A stretch of 64,000 bases of DNA. Source: a virus. Lineage: Duplodnaviria > Heunggongvirae > Uroviricota > Caudoviricetes. Each line of letters begins with the position of its first letter. The stretch's first letter is position 1. The DNA is taken from positions 4,337-68,336 of the IMG/VR virus record IMGVR_UViG_3300006467_000563. The stretch is one strand, 5' to 3'. Shown in pieces: positions 39,439-47,564 of this stretch. Position numbers and translations under genes: made by a program. The notes beneath the pieces were generated by a model. The model searched no databases and was not told the origin of the DNA. It saw only the letters and a program-made list of their open reading frames with translations.

Positions 39439-39992
39439 ATTTTAACAAAGAATATTTGAATTTAGAAGAGTATATTAACCTTGTAGAACATGTACTCAAT
39501 AAACACTGTAAGCGTTTCAAATTTGAACACCGTCATGCACAAGAGGTAATTGATGATGTTGTTGATTATGTAATGAAGTACGATAAGCAATATGATAGCT
39601 CAAATGGCACAAGCCGTTCTACATATAGACGGATGATTTGTTTAAGACGTGCAATTCATGTAATCAAAAGAATACAGAGAGACGAAAACAGAACTCGTGA
39701 TGCGATTCGTGATAAGATGCAGCGAAAACCATATATTGAAGAAGATTATGCACATAATTATGAAGTAAACAGATTGAATGAGATTGTTTGGGATATCGTT
39801 GAAAGACGAAAAGATGACAATATCAGATTTATGTGTTTTTATGAGCATATTTTGCAAGAAAAAAAGGGGGCAGTTGTAGCAGAAGAACTTGGAATTAGTA
39901 CAACACTTGTTGGATATTACTGTGCATCTGCTAAGAAAATTTTGAAAAATGAACTAATTCACGCATATGGAGCAGACGATTGGAGTCAATAG
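39426..39992 (+). CDS. putative HTH/sigma-factor-like regulator
   Basis: C-terminal ELGISTTLVGYYCASAKKIL resembles a sigma region-4 HTH; weak. Confidence 0.35.
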   Translation: MSAVDFNKEYLNLEEYINLVEHVLNKHCKRFKFEHRHAQEVIDDVVDYVMKYDKQYDSSNGTSRSTYRRMICLRRAIHVIKRIQRDENRTRDAIRDKMQRKPYIEEDYAHNYEVNRLNEIVWDIVERRKDDNIRFMCFYEHILQEKKGAVVAEELGISTTLVGYYCASAKKILKNELIHAYGADDWSQ

Positions 39993-40339
39993 TACAATTA
40001 ATAATCCTTTCTGCCAATCACAATGGTGACGCATGTGTGGTTGTAAAGGATGGGAAGTTACCATCAAGTAAAATCACAGGTAAATATCAACCGTTAGATT
40101 TAGTATATGATATGTTGTTTGATTTATGCGGCGTCCATTGCCTGAAAGAAGAATTCTTACTTGCAGACGAGGTTTATGTTTCAGACAATAAATTATTCGT
40201 AACTTATTGTGTAATAATTCCTCATAATATCAATAATTCAGACAACAAATATAAAACACAAATATTGAAGGACTACATGTATGTCGATGGGAATCAATAC
40301 AATACTAACATTCTTAACAGAATGCTTTACAAAGTCTGA
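39980..40339 (+). CDS. hypothetical protein
   Basis: 119 aa. Confidence 0.4.
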   Translation: MESIVQLIILSANHNGDACVVVKDGKLPSSKITGKYQPLDLVYDMLFDLCGVHCLKEEFLLADEVYVSDNKLFVTYCVIIPHNINNSDNKYKTQILKDYMYVDGNQYNTNILNRMLYKV

Positions 40340-40679
40340 GAATTACGATAATCAATCAAAACAATCTCTTTCTGATATGGTTAATCAGTCATTGAATGAT
40401 GAGTCTGTAGAAGGTATGGTAGTTTTTACTCTTCGTAATGGAAATATCAACTATCTTGCTGGCGACTTTGCCAATACCCAGCCTGTTGCCAAGATACTCG
40501 GCTTTTTATATGCTGCAACATCTGTTGGCGATATAGTAGAAGACCTTTTAACACATGGAAATTATTCTGGTGACAGACAGGCTTTTATGCAGGCATTTAA
40601 CACTGAATCCGGGTATGGCGGGGTGATTACACCTGACGATGCATTTATGGCAATGTGTGAAAGGGGAATTAAAACATGA
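40281..40679 (+). CDS. hypothetical protein
   Basis: 132 aa. Confidence 0.45.
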   Translation: MSMGINTILTFLTECFTKSENYDNQSKQSLSDMVNQSLNDESVEGMVVFTLRNGNINYLAGDFANTQPVAKILGFLYAATSVGDIVEDLLTHGNYSGDRQAFMQAFNTESGYGGVITPDDAFMAMCERGIKT

Positions 40680-41338
40680 AAACTGTGAAGTGGGAATTTT
40701 TACATGATGTCCCAGAATCAGAAAAGCCTGTTACTAATACCCCAGAAGGCTTTGCTGAGATGGACATGAGTGGTTTCGGTTCGTTTGTTTTTACACCGCT
40801 TGGCACTTTTCACGAGCGGGACCCTATGAATCCAAATACACACTTTGAATTCTGGATTGGTCATACTAATTTTAGGTTAAATCCAGTTGATATTGACTTA
40901 ATTAGATTTACTAATGGTGTTGATATGTTCCATGTATGGACTCCATACAGATTTATCATTGCATTTGGTAAGAATTTTAAATCTTGGGCAGTTAAGTTAG
41001 ATATTGAGGCGGTTTTAAGTAATTCTGGCGATATGGATATGCTGTCTGAAGATGACAATATCACAGTTGAATCTTTTATGCTGCAAAAACAGACTGAATC
41101 AGATGGTGATACTGAGCTGCAGGATTTCTATAGTAAGCTAGACACGGTTTATAAATACTGGGTTGTTTGTACTGAGCAGAGTGAAGATGAGCTATTATGC
41201 ACATATTATGCCTGCAATTCAGATAATAACAAGGATTTTAAGGATACCATCGAGACATTATTAGATGCATATGAAGTCAAAAAGTCTTCAGATAGTATCA
41301 GAAATAATGAGTATTACCATATAGAAAGCGACTTATGA
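40676..41338 (+). CDS. hypothetical protein
   Basis: 220 aa; ATGA overlaps. Confidence 0.5.
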   Translation: MKTVKWEFLHDVPESEKPVTNTPEGFAEMDMSGFGSFVFTPLGTFHERDPMNPNTHFEFWIGHTNFRLNPVDIDLIRFTNGVDMFHVWTPYRFIIAFGKNFKSWAVKLDIEAVLSNSGDMDMLSEDDNITVESFMLQKQTESDGDTELQDFYSKLDTVYKYWVVCTEQSEDELLCTYYACNSDNNKDFKDTIETLLDAYEVKKSSDSIRNNEYYHIESDL

Positions 41339-41973
41339 AATTTCAATTTTTTATTCGCAGTTTAGTAGAACCGAGAAAATTATCAACTGTTTATGATGCG
41401 TTGAATTCTGGGACAATTGAAGAGATTGTGTGTACATCTGGTGTTTTAGGGGATATCGTAGACCAAGCACCGAGGGACAAAATCATTGCTGTTATTGATT
41501 ATCCTTATGGTCATTCTAGTTTTTATGCAAGGGAAAGCGACGTTAATTACTGTATAGAAATGGGCGTTAAACAAATAGAGATGCCTATTAATGCTGATGT
41601 TATTTTGACTGGTGACTCATTATGTATTGCAGAAGAATTTAACTCCCTTTATGAAGATGCAGCAAAACATGGAGTAATCATTAAACCTTTAATTGATTAC
41701 AGGTTAATTCTAGATAATACGAAACATAATTATTTTCCAGATTTAATTTATTTCCTAAAAGAACAGATTGGGATTGATTCAATTACAATTAATTCTGGGA
41801 ATATGTCAGATTATCTTGAAGAAAATATCAAAATATGTACTGTACTACAAGATAAAAAAATCAAAGCGACTACTTTTCGTGAATTATATTCTAAAACCGA
41901 TATAATTAAGCTCAGAGATTGTGCATATCGTGTCCGTTTTTCCGGCATTAGAAGTCTAAAGTTGATAGATTAA
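41335..41973 (+). CDS. hypothetical protein
   Basis: 212 aa. Confidence 0.5.
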   Translation: MKFQFFIRSLVEPRKLSTVYDALNSGTIEEIVCTSGVLGDIVDQAPRDKIIAVIDYPYGHSSFYARESDVNYCIEMGVKQIEMPINADVILTGDSLCIAEEFNSLYEDAAKHGVIIKPLIDYRLILDNTKHNYFPDLIYFLKEQIGIDSITINSGNMSDYLEENIKICTVLQDKKIKATTFRELYSKTDIIKLRDCAYRVRFSGIRSLKLID

Positions 41974-42073
41974 TAAAAACCAAGAAAAAGGTGTATAATA
42001 TTATAGGAATAGGATTATTATTTTTAGGATTTTAAGGACCTGATTTTTTAAATTAAAAAGAAAGTAACAAGTA

Positions 42074-42841
42074 ATGGCTCAAAGAACAGCTACAGGTAGC
42101 GGCTCAACGAACAATAACGGTGGTGTAGCCATCGGTATTGGTTCTAGCGTTGCTGGTAACCTGACGAACTTAAGTATCTCAGATACTTCACTTGTTGGTT
42201 CACAAATCCTGAATGTAGTCGCAACTCCAACTCAACACAATGGTACTTCAACAGTATTCAAATCTAGTGCAACTTCTTTGACGAGTGTTGCAGATAATGG
42301 TAGCAGCAAGTGTAGATTTACAAAATCATCTCACGGGCTAACTGTTGGTACTGTATTATTCATTTCCGGCTCTACGTCAGGAAATGTCGATGGTACTCAT
42401 GTAATTACAGCAGTCCCTACTGCGAACACATTTGATACTGATGTAGCTTATGTGGCTTCTGATACTGCTGGTAGTTATAAAACTATGGCTCGTAACTTTG
42501 CTTCTATGGAAGCTGGCGAATACTTAGTTTACCTAATTGGTACTAAAATTGCTGGTACTGTTGATGCAAATGCAGGTAACCCCGGAGGTTATGCTGGTAG
42601 TGCTAAGACTCTGAAGTACGCTCGTGGTACAAGACGTTGGCACATTACTGCATGGAATGCACTTACAGGTGCAGCTACTTATGGTGCTAATAGTGGTGAC
42701 CTATTCACATATCGTGAAGCAGATGGTACTACATTGGCTCATGAAGCGTTCCCAACAAATGCAGTTCCCGGTAAATTGGTTTACAACTTTGGAACAACAC
42801 CTCCAACGAGTGACCAATACAAGGCTAGAACTTCTCCGTAA
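42074..42841 (+). CDS. Ser/Thr/Gly-rich protein, possibly a virion structural or decoration protein
   Basis: Low-complexity S/T/G/A-rich 255 aa; higher local GC; followed by a strong terminator. Confidence 0.5.
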   Translation: MAQRTATGSGSTNNNGGVAIGIGSSVAGNLTNLSISDTSLVGSQILNVVATPTQHNGTSTVFKSSATSLTSVADNGSSKCRFTKSSHGLTVGTVLFISGSTSGNVDGTHVITAVPTANTFDTDVAYVASDTAGSYKTMARNFASMEAGEYLVYLIGTKIAGTVDANAGNPGGYAGSAKTLKYARGTRRWHITAWNALTGAATYGANSGDLFTYREADGTTLAHEAFPTNAVPGKLVYNFGTTPPTSDQYKARTSP

Positions 42842-42868
42842 TAGTATTTACTTAATACTAAGACATGT

Positions 42869-42895
42869 GGGGGGCTATAGGCCCCCTATTTTTAG
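42869..42895 (+). terminator. rho-independent terminator
   Basis: GGGGGC-TATAG-GCCCCC followed by TATTTTT. Confidence 0.75.
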
Positions 42896-42911
42896 ATACA
42901 GGGGGTACTAA

Positions 42912-43310
42912 ATGGAAGTTATTGAAGTCTTGCTTGGCCAATATGGTGCAGCAGTTACATTGATTATTGGGTTTTTATTCGTGTTGGGTAAAGGAACCAA
43001 TTACGCATTAAATCGTCTTCTTGATGAAGATAAAGGCATTTTGACCAATGTTGCACAAGAACATATCAAGTTGATTAGAAATATTGCTGATACGCAGTCT
43101 ACTCAACATGTTGATATTTTAGATGTAAAAAAAAACATAAAGGATTTACTGTTGCTACACCAAAGCACTAATACCGTATTCACAAACAAGAAATTGCATG
43201 AATCGGGGCTAATTGCCTGCGATATCTTGGAGGATATTGCGGAAGCAACAGAAGGTGTTGACATCAAAGAAAATTTGAGAAAAATAAGGAACATTCTAAA
43301 CGATGGCTAA
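42912..43310 (+). CDS. hypothetical protein
   Basis: 132 aa. Confidence 0.45.
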   Translation: MEVIEVLLGQYGAAVTLIIGFLFVLGKGTNYALNRLLDEDKGILTNVAQEHIKLIRNIADTQSTQHVDILDVKKNIKDLLLLHQSTNTVFTNKKLHESGLIACDILEDIAEATEGVDIKENLRKIRNILNDG

Positions 43311-43941
43311 CAAAGAGTTTATCGTCAGTTATGACGAGGCCACGGACAAAATTCAAACAGGCGATGTTCTTTTATTTAGGGCACCGCCTTTTCCTTCGAT
43401 TGGATGGGCGATTACTGCTTATACGAGAGGTAAACACTCTCATGTAGCATTAGCTTACAAACAACATGGTAAAGTTTATTGTCTGGAGCAAAGAGAATTT
43501 AAAGGTGGTCGAATGGTCTTTTTGAAGACTCAGGTTGACCTAAATCCCGGTAGAATAGACGTTTATCGTCCAAAAGATGAAATTATCTCCAACGTCAGTG
43601 AAGAAGAAAATGGAGAAATTTTCATAAAAAAGAGCAAAATAGTATTTACTCCTGACGTTGCGAATGCTATAATTGATACAGGAATGGAGTTAACCGGAAC
43701 TGAATACGGTTGGAAAACAATTTGGAATATCTTTAAAGGATATGCCCCGTTTTTCAGAATGGTTTACAAGGACAAAAATGGTGATGACGAAATTGCCAAA
43801 GCGTATGTTTGTAGTACATTAGTTTCTTACGCATACCGAACTAATTTCGCTGACCCGTGTCCAAATATTAAAGATAGTCGAACTACTCCTGCTGACATAG
43901 CACAATCAAGTTTGTTTGATTATCTATTTACAATTGAATAG
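43303..43941 (+). CDS. putative papain-fold (NlpC/P60-like) Cys-His hydrolase
   Basis: GKHSHVALAY ... YVCSTLVSYAY spacing suggests a permuted papain-like catalytic pair; weak. Confidence 0.4.
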   Translation: MANKEFIVSYDEATDKIQTGDVLLFRAPPFPSIGWAITAYTRGKHSHVALAYKQHGKVYCLEQREFKGGRMVFLKTQVDLNPGRIDVYRPKDEIISNVSEEENGEIFIKKSKIVFTPDVANAIIDTGMELTGTEYGWKTIWNIFKGYAPFFRMVYKDKNGDDEIAKAYVCSTLVSYAYRTNFADPCPNIKDSRTTPADIAQSSLFDYLFTIE

Positions 43942-43951
43942 CAAGAAAAAA

Positions 43952-44030
43952 ATGGAGGTCGCGGGTTCGAATCCCGTCAGTGTTTAGGCACTGTGGTCTA
44001 GTGGACAAGGACGCCATATAATACATGGGA
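43952..44030 (+). tRNA. tRNA-like locus with apparent 3'-half then 5'-half order (possible circularly permuted tRNA)
   Basis: 3' piece AGGTC-GCGGG-TTCGAAT-CCCGT-CAGTGTT-T is followed 2 nt later by a 5' piece GGCACTG-TG-GTCT-AGTGGACAA-GGAC-G-CCATA. The 5' piece has a Glu/Gln/Asp-type D-arm. Its acceptor pairs 7/7 (two G.U) with the upstream 3' piece. No partner exists in normal order. Confidence 0.35.
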
Positions 44031-44168
44031 ATTGGTGGTTGGATTCCGCCAACCTGTTTGTCTTAAATAGTAACAGAGACAACTGCGAAAATGAGACAGA
44101 TTGTTTTAGCCTAAACAACTAAAATAATTATAAACAGGTTTAGTTTAATGCGAAAACGCCCGTGACCA

Positions 44169-44243
44169 TGGGATGTAGCTCAGTTGGTTTAGAGTGCTGG
44201 CTTTGGAAGCTAGAAGTCGCCGGTTCGAGTCCGGTCATCCCGA
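44169..44243 (+). tRNA. tRNA-Pro (TGG)
   Basis: Cloverleaf: acceptor TGGGATG/CATCCCG, D-stem GCTC/GAGT, anticodon loop TTTGGAA, T-arm GCCGG-TTCGAGT-CCGGT. Confidence 0.75.
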
Positions 44244-44317
44244 CTGAGCGGAAGATTGTGGTTCGAATCCACATCGCCTAGAATATCTGGGCGGTCGTCT
44301 AATGGCAGGACATCCGC
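44244..44317 (+). tRNA. second tRNA-like locus with 3'-half then 5'-half order (possible permuted or remnant tRNA)
   Basis: 3' piece CTGA-GCGGA-AGAT-TGTGG-TTCGAAT-CCACA-TCGCCTA is followed by a 5' piece TGGGCGG-TC-GTCT-AATGGCA-GGAC-A-TCCGC. Its anticodon stem TCCGC is exactly complementary to GCGGA in the upstream piece. Acceptor pairs 7/7 with wobbles. Confidence 0.35.
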
Positions 44318-44321
44318 GTGA

Positions 44322-44396
44322 GGCCAAGTAATACCTAGCGGCTATGGTGCTTCTTTTACAAGGAAGAGTTCGTGGGTTCGAGTCCCACCTTGGCTA
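44322..44396 (+). tRNA. tRNA-Val (TAC), atypical D-arm
   Basis: Acceptor GGCCAAG/CTTGGCT, anticodon arm CTTCT-TTTACAA-GGAAG, T-arm GTGGG-TTCGAGT-CCCAC; D region folds poorly. Confidence 0.55.
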
Positions 44397-44420
44397 CTTA
44401 TTTTATAACTGGAGGCAGTA

Positions 44421-45164
44421 ATGTGGAAGGTAATTCTTTTTCTTTTGCTAATCTCACCATGTATGGCAGACCAAGGCTTAATTGCCAAGAAACCATATGA
44501 TGATGAAATATATGTCTGCAAGAAAAGAACTCTCTATATTGCTGTTGACAAAACAGAGCTAACTACGTTAGAATCTAGCTTAACTAAAAGATGGATTGAT
44601 AGAGTCAATCCGAAAGTTCTAGCAACACTTGATTCGGATTTTATTTCTGACAAAATGTTGGAATATGACTTACGTGTTGCGAACATCAAGAGGCATTTTG
44701 ATGTCAAATTTGTAGACTGGTATGACCAGAATATTACCTACTACCCAGCTTATAAAATTGGAAGTGTTTGGCATCCATTGCCTAAAGGTGAGTATGAATC
44801 TCATAGGTGGTTGCAATTTTGGGAGTGGTTCATTCGTGAGTGGAATCTTCTAGATAATCATGAGCGATGGGATATCAAAAAATGGTCCATAAGAAATGAA
44901 GTATACAATCAACGTACAGCAGACAGAAAAAAGTTTGTTGAAAATTTAGTCTCAAATAGCGATGGTAGATACAGTTACGTTGAATATGGATGCGACGAAG
45001 TAGACGAAATTGGTGACTGTGGTTATTATGTCGTATTCGATAATAATACACAAGAAGGTGTTACCATATTTGATATTGGTTATGTCCCAAAACATATGCC
45101 AGCAGAGCCAGTGGAACCAGTAAGTACTGAATGTCCATTGGACCCAAAATACAAAATAAACTAA
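44421..45164 (+). CDS. secreted hypothetical protein
   Basis: Signal peptide MWKVILFLLLISPCMA; GGAGGCAGTAATG RBS. Confidence 0.5.
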   Translation: MWKVILFLLLISPCMADQGLIAKKPYDDEIYVCKKRTLYIAVDKTELTTLESSLTKRWIDRVNPKVLATLDSDFISDKMLEYDLRVANIKRHFDVKFVDWYDQNITYYPAYKIGSVWHPLPKGEYESHRWLQFWEWFIREWNLLDNHERWDIKKWSIRNEVYNQRTADRKKFVENLVSNSDGRYSYVEYGCDEVDEIGDCGYYVVFDNNTQEGVTIFDIGYVPKHMPAEPVEPVSTECPLDPKYKIN

Positions 45165-45167
45165 TAT

Positions 45168-45240
45168 GGGGTTATAGCTCAATTGGATAGAGCAACGGTC
45201 TTCTACACCGTAGGTCGGGGTTCGAGTCCCTGTAGCCCTA
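45168..45240 (+). tRNA. tRNA-Arg (TCT)
   Basis: GGGGTTA-TA-GCTC-AATTGGATA-GAGC-A-ACGGT-CTTCTAC-ACCGT-AGGTC-GGGGTTCGAGTCCCT-GTAGCCC... clean cloverleaf. Confidence 0.8.
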
Positions 45241-45245
45241 CTTAA

Positions 45246-45320
45246 CTCGCTGTAGCTCAATTTGGTAGAGCGGCGGTCTGAAGAGCCGCGTCTGTAATGG
45301 TTCGATTCCATTTAGCGGGA
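45246..45320 (+). tRNA. tRNA-Phe (GAA)
   Basis: D-arm GCTC-AATTTGGTA-GAGC, anticodon loop CTGAAGA, T-arm AATGG-TTCGATT-CCATT, acceptor CTCGCTG/TAGCGGG. Confidence 0.8.
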
Positions 45321-45388
45321 CTTTTAAAAAAAATACGACAGATGGCATTGACAACATGATTCAACTCATGTACAATATGCAAAACAAC

Positions 45389-45458
45389 GTGGAAGTAGCT
45401 CAGTTTGGTAGAGCAGGGTTCGCGACCTGTGTCGGTGGTTCGATTCCACCCTTCCCGG
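45389..45458 (+). tRNA. tRNA-like gene with non-pairing anticodon stem (possible Ala-CGC pseudogene)
   Basis: Canonical D-arm and T-arm (GGTGG-TTCGATT-CCACC), but no 5-bp anticodon stem can be formed around TTCGCGA. Acceptor 5/7. Confidence 0.35.
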
Positions 45459-45517
45459 CTTGCAGAAGAACAAAGGGTGTGTTCGTACAATGGGCACATT
45501 TTTCTTCTGCTAAACAT

Positions 45518-45591
45518 TGGAGATTGGTGAAGAGGACTAACACACTCCCCTCATAAGGGAATATTCACGGGTTCGAATCCCGTATCTCCTA
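45518..45591 (+). tRNA. tRNA-Met/Ile2-type (CAT)
   Basis: Anticodon arm CTCCC-CTCATAA-GGGAA, T-arm ACGGG-TTCGAAT-CCCGT, acceptor TGGAGAT/ATCTCCT with a 1:72 mismatch. Confidence 0.65.
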
Positions 45592-45727
45592 TTAGAATGT
45601 TCTCCGCACGAGAACGCGGCATTAAGCGGGAGGGGATACCCTTGACATACGGAAGACTGCTATAGAAGTCCAAGTATTTTCGGTAATAGAACGACTTACC
45701 CTCATGCGGAGAATATTTTATACATAT
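45592..45727 (+). ncRNA. candidate structured RNA (long-range inverted repeat)
   Basis: TTCTCCGCA near the 5' end pairs with TGCGGAGAA about 110 nt downstream; internal GC-rich hairpins; no ORF on the + strand. Confidence 0.25.
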
Positions 45728-45796
45728 CGCAGATGGTCCGGTGACCAGCCAAGCCTCATAAGCTAGGATAGACAGGTTCAACCCCTGTATCTGCCA
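45728..45796 (+). tRNA. tRNA-like (CAT) with miniature D-arm and C1.C72 mismatch
   Basis: Anticodon arm CAAGC-CTCATAA-GCTAG (one mismatch), T-arm ACAGG-TTCAACC-CCTGT, acceptor CGCAGAT/ATCTGCC. D-arm reduced to GGTC-CGGT-GACC. Confidence 0.4.
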
Positions 45797-45950
45797 TTTT
45801 TGTAGGAGTTAACTTAACAGCTACATGCTATAGCTTAATAGTTATCTTCTGCATTATGTCTAGGAGTTGCGGTAGTTGGTTACTACACTCTCTTATAAGC
45901 AAAAGTCCTTAAGAGAAACCAAAAACAACTCTATTGGACATAAAATTTTC

Positions 45951-46565
45951 TCAAATTCGAGATATAAAATGCTGTTCTCTATGACAATTAGCACATAGAA
46001 GTTGACATTTATCTAACTCGGATTTGATTTTAATATGATGCTTCTCCCAAGAAGTGTGTCTGGCTTTTGATATATTAAAGTCTTTTTCAGTTGGGTCAAC
46101 ATGATGAAAGTCTAATGCCCCTTGACATTTATCGTAACCGCATTTTTCGCATTTGCCGCCCTTGTATTCAATACACTTTTGTTTCATAAGCTGATGTCTT
46201 TCTATTGCTTTTTCGGTATTACATGTTTTGCAAGTAGGATGATATGTGAATTTGATTTTACTCGTTCTTTTATGAAAGAATGATATATCTTTTTCTATAT
46301 TGCATTTGTTACAAACTTTTGTTTTTAGTTCAGTATAAACTTTTTTATAAGCACCGATGTCGAAACATTTTTTACAATAAGTTAAATTTGCTGCAATTTT
46401 TTCTTGACAAATTTTACATTCTTTTGTAAGATGTCTTTTAACATGAATTTTGTTATTATATGTTGCAGAACATGAGCGGCTACAAAAGTGATTAGGGCTT
46501 TTTTTAATTTCACTTGGTAGTTTTTTAAATTCCGTGTTACAGTTTAAACAATTGACCTGTGGCAT
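45951..46565 (-). CDS. HNH homing endonuclease
   Basis: Cys-rich zinc ribbons plus LDFHHVDP...CANCH HNH motif; the only sizeable minus-strand gene, sitting inside the tRNA cluster. Confidence 0.7.
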   Translation of the reverse strand: MPQVNCLNCNTEFKKLPSEIKKSPNHFCSRSCSATYNNKIHVKRHLTKECKICQEKIAANLTYCKKCFDIGAYKKVYTELKTKVCNKCNIEKDISFFHKRTSKIKFTYHPTCKTCNTEKAIERHQLMKQKCIEYKGGKCEKCGYDKCQGALDFHHVDPTEKDFNISKARHTSWEKHHIKIKSELDKCQLLCANCHREQHFISRI

Positions 46566-46628
46566 GATATTCCTTCGTGTTTGTTATATTGTTGTTAGTT
46601 CGTCTCCCACTATATTATACACCTTTTT

Positions 46629-46700
46629 CGCGTCTAAAGTGTTATTGGCTGCATTTCTGGCTTCCAACCAGACGGTCAGGGTTCGAGTCCCTGTAGACGC
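46629..46700 (+). tRNA. tRNA-Gly (TCC)
   Basis: Acceptor GCGTCTA/TAGACGC perfect, anticodon arm TCTGG-CTTCCAA-CCAGA, T-arm CAGGG-TTCGAGT-CCCTG; unusual AA at positions 8-9. Confidence 0.75.
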
Positions 46701-46947
46701 ACTTTCGGGCTATTTTCGGATTTGCCTAGATAACGGAAGAATTAACTTCAAGTAGTGGTTGATGGACAGGCCACTTTAAAAGTCTATCAAAAAGTAACTG
46801 CAAAACAGTTCGCAATCGCTGCGTAATAGCAGCTAATGATGCCTGACTGAGCTATAAATCATGTCAAAACAGGTAGAAGCTGTAAAGCCTGTGGATTTAT
46901 CTCAGCAACAACATATACTTTGCCGGTGAAGTCATCGGATAAACTTG

Positions 46948-46984
46948 TAAACGTTATTTGAATAAATTATACTAGAAACGACGG
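46948..46984 (+). other. orphan tRNA 3' half (T-arm plus acceptor strand)
   Basis: GACGG-TTCGAAT-CCGTC-ATAGTCC-A with no complementary 5' acceptor strand within 300 nt upstream. Confidence 0.35.
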
Positions 46985-47018
46985 TTCGAATCCGTCATAG
47001 TCCAATAGATATTGATAT

Positions 47019-47564
47019 ATGTACACAAAATTAGTTTGTAACTATTGTGGTAATTACTTCGAAAAGAAAACCAACGAATATAATAGATGCGTCAAAAAAG
47101 GACAAAAGAATTATTTTTGTTCTAGGGACCATGCAAACAAATTTTTACCACGGCCACACTTAAAACCGAGAATGGAAAATATCATTCCCGGCTCATTTAA
47201 AGATGAATATTCTGATTTTAAGTGGTATATGAAGGTTGTAAGAAATCGATGTAATAAAAAACAATACGAAACAGATATTAGTTTAATGTTTTTAAAACAT
47301 CTTTGGAAAGAACAAGAAGGTAAATGTGCATTAACTCAAATACCTATGCAATTAAGAACTCATGATAGTTCAGATAAGTTGGAATTTTATACTGCATCGT
47401 TAGACAGGATAGACAACACAAAAAGATATACAAAAGATAATGTTAGATTTGTCTGTGTTATGACTAACTATGCGAGAAATACTTTTTCTGATAATGATTT
47501 TTATGAGTTTATAAAACTAGCATCAAAAGCTATTTTAGGAAAAGGAAAAAAGGATGGCAATTAA
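47019..47564 (+). CDS. putative homing-endonuclease-like zinc-finger protein
   Basis: N-terminal CNYCG...C..HANKF zinc ribbon like the neighbouring HNH genes; no clear HNH motif. Confidence 0.4.
   Translation: MYTKLVCNYCGNYFEKKTNEYNRCVKKGQKNYFCSRDHANKFLPRPHLKPRMENIIPGSFKDEYSDFKWYMKVVRNRCNKKQYETDISLMFLKHLWKEQEGKCALTQIPMQLRTHDSSDKLEFYTASLDRIDNTKRYTKDNVRFVCVMTNYARNTFSDNDFYEFIKLASKAILGKGKKDGN

Noticed and set aside
43988-44058. Folding 43988..44058 as one conventional contiguous tRNA
   Set aside because: D-arm, an anticodon-like hairpin and a T-arm-like hairpin (GGTGG-TTGGATT-CCGCC) are present. But the 3' acceptor strand AACCTGT cannot pair with GGCACTG, and the T-loop lacks the conserved C56, so the permuted or remnant interpretation is preferred.
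45551-45781. ORFs 45551..45781(-), 46534..46755(+), 50747..50965(-), 55867..56049(+) and 48255..48455(-)
   Set aside because: Each overlaps one or more tRNA genes or tRNA-like structures, and their translations are low complexity. They are artefacts of stop-poor tRNA sequence.
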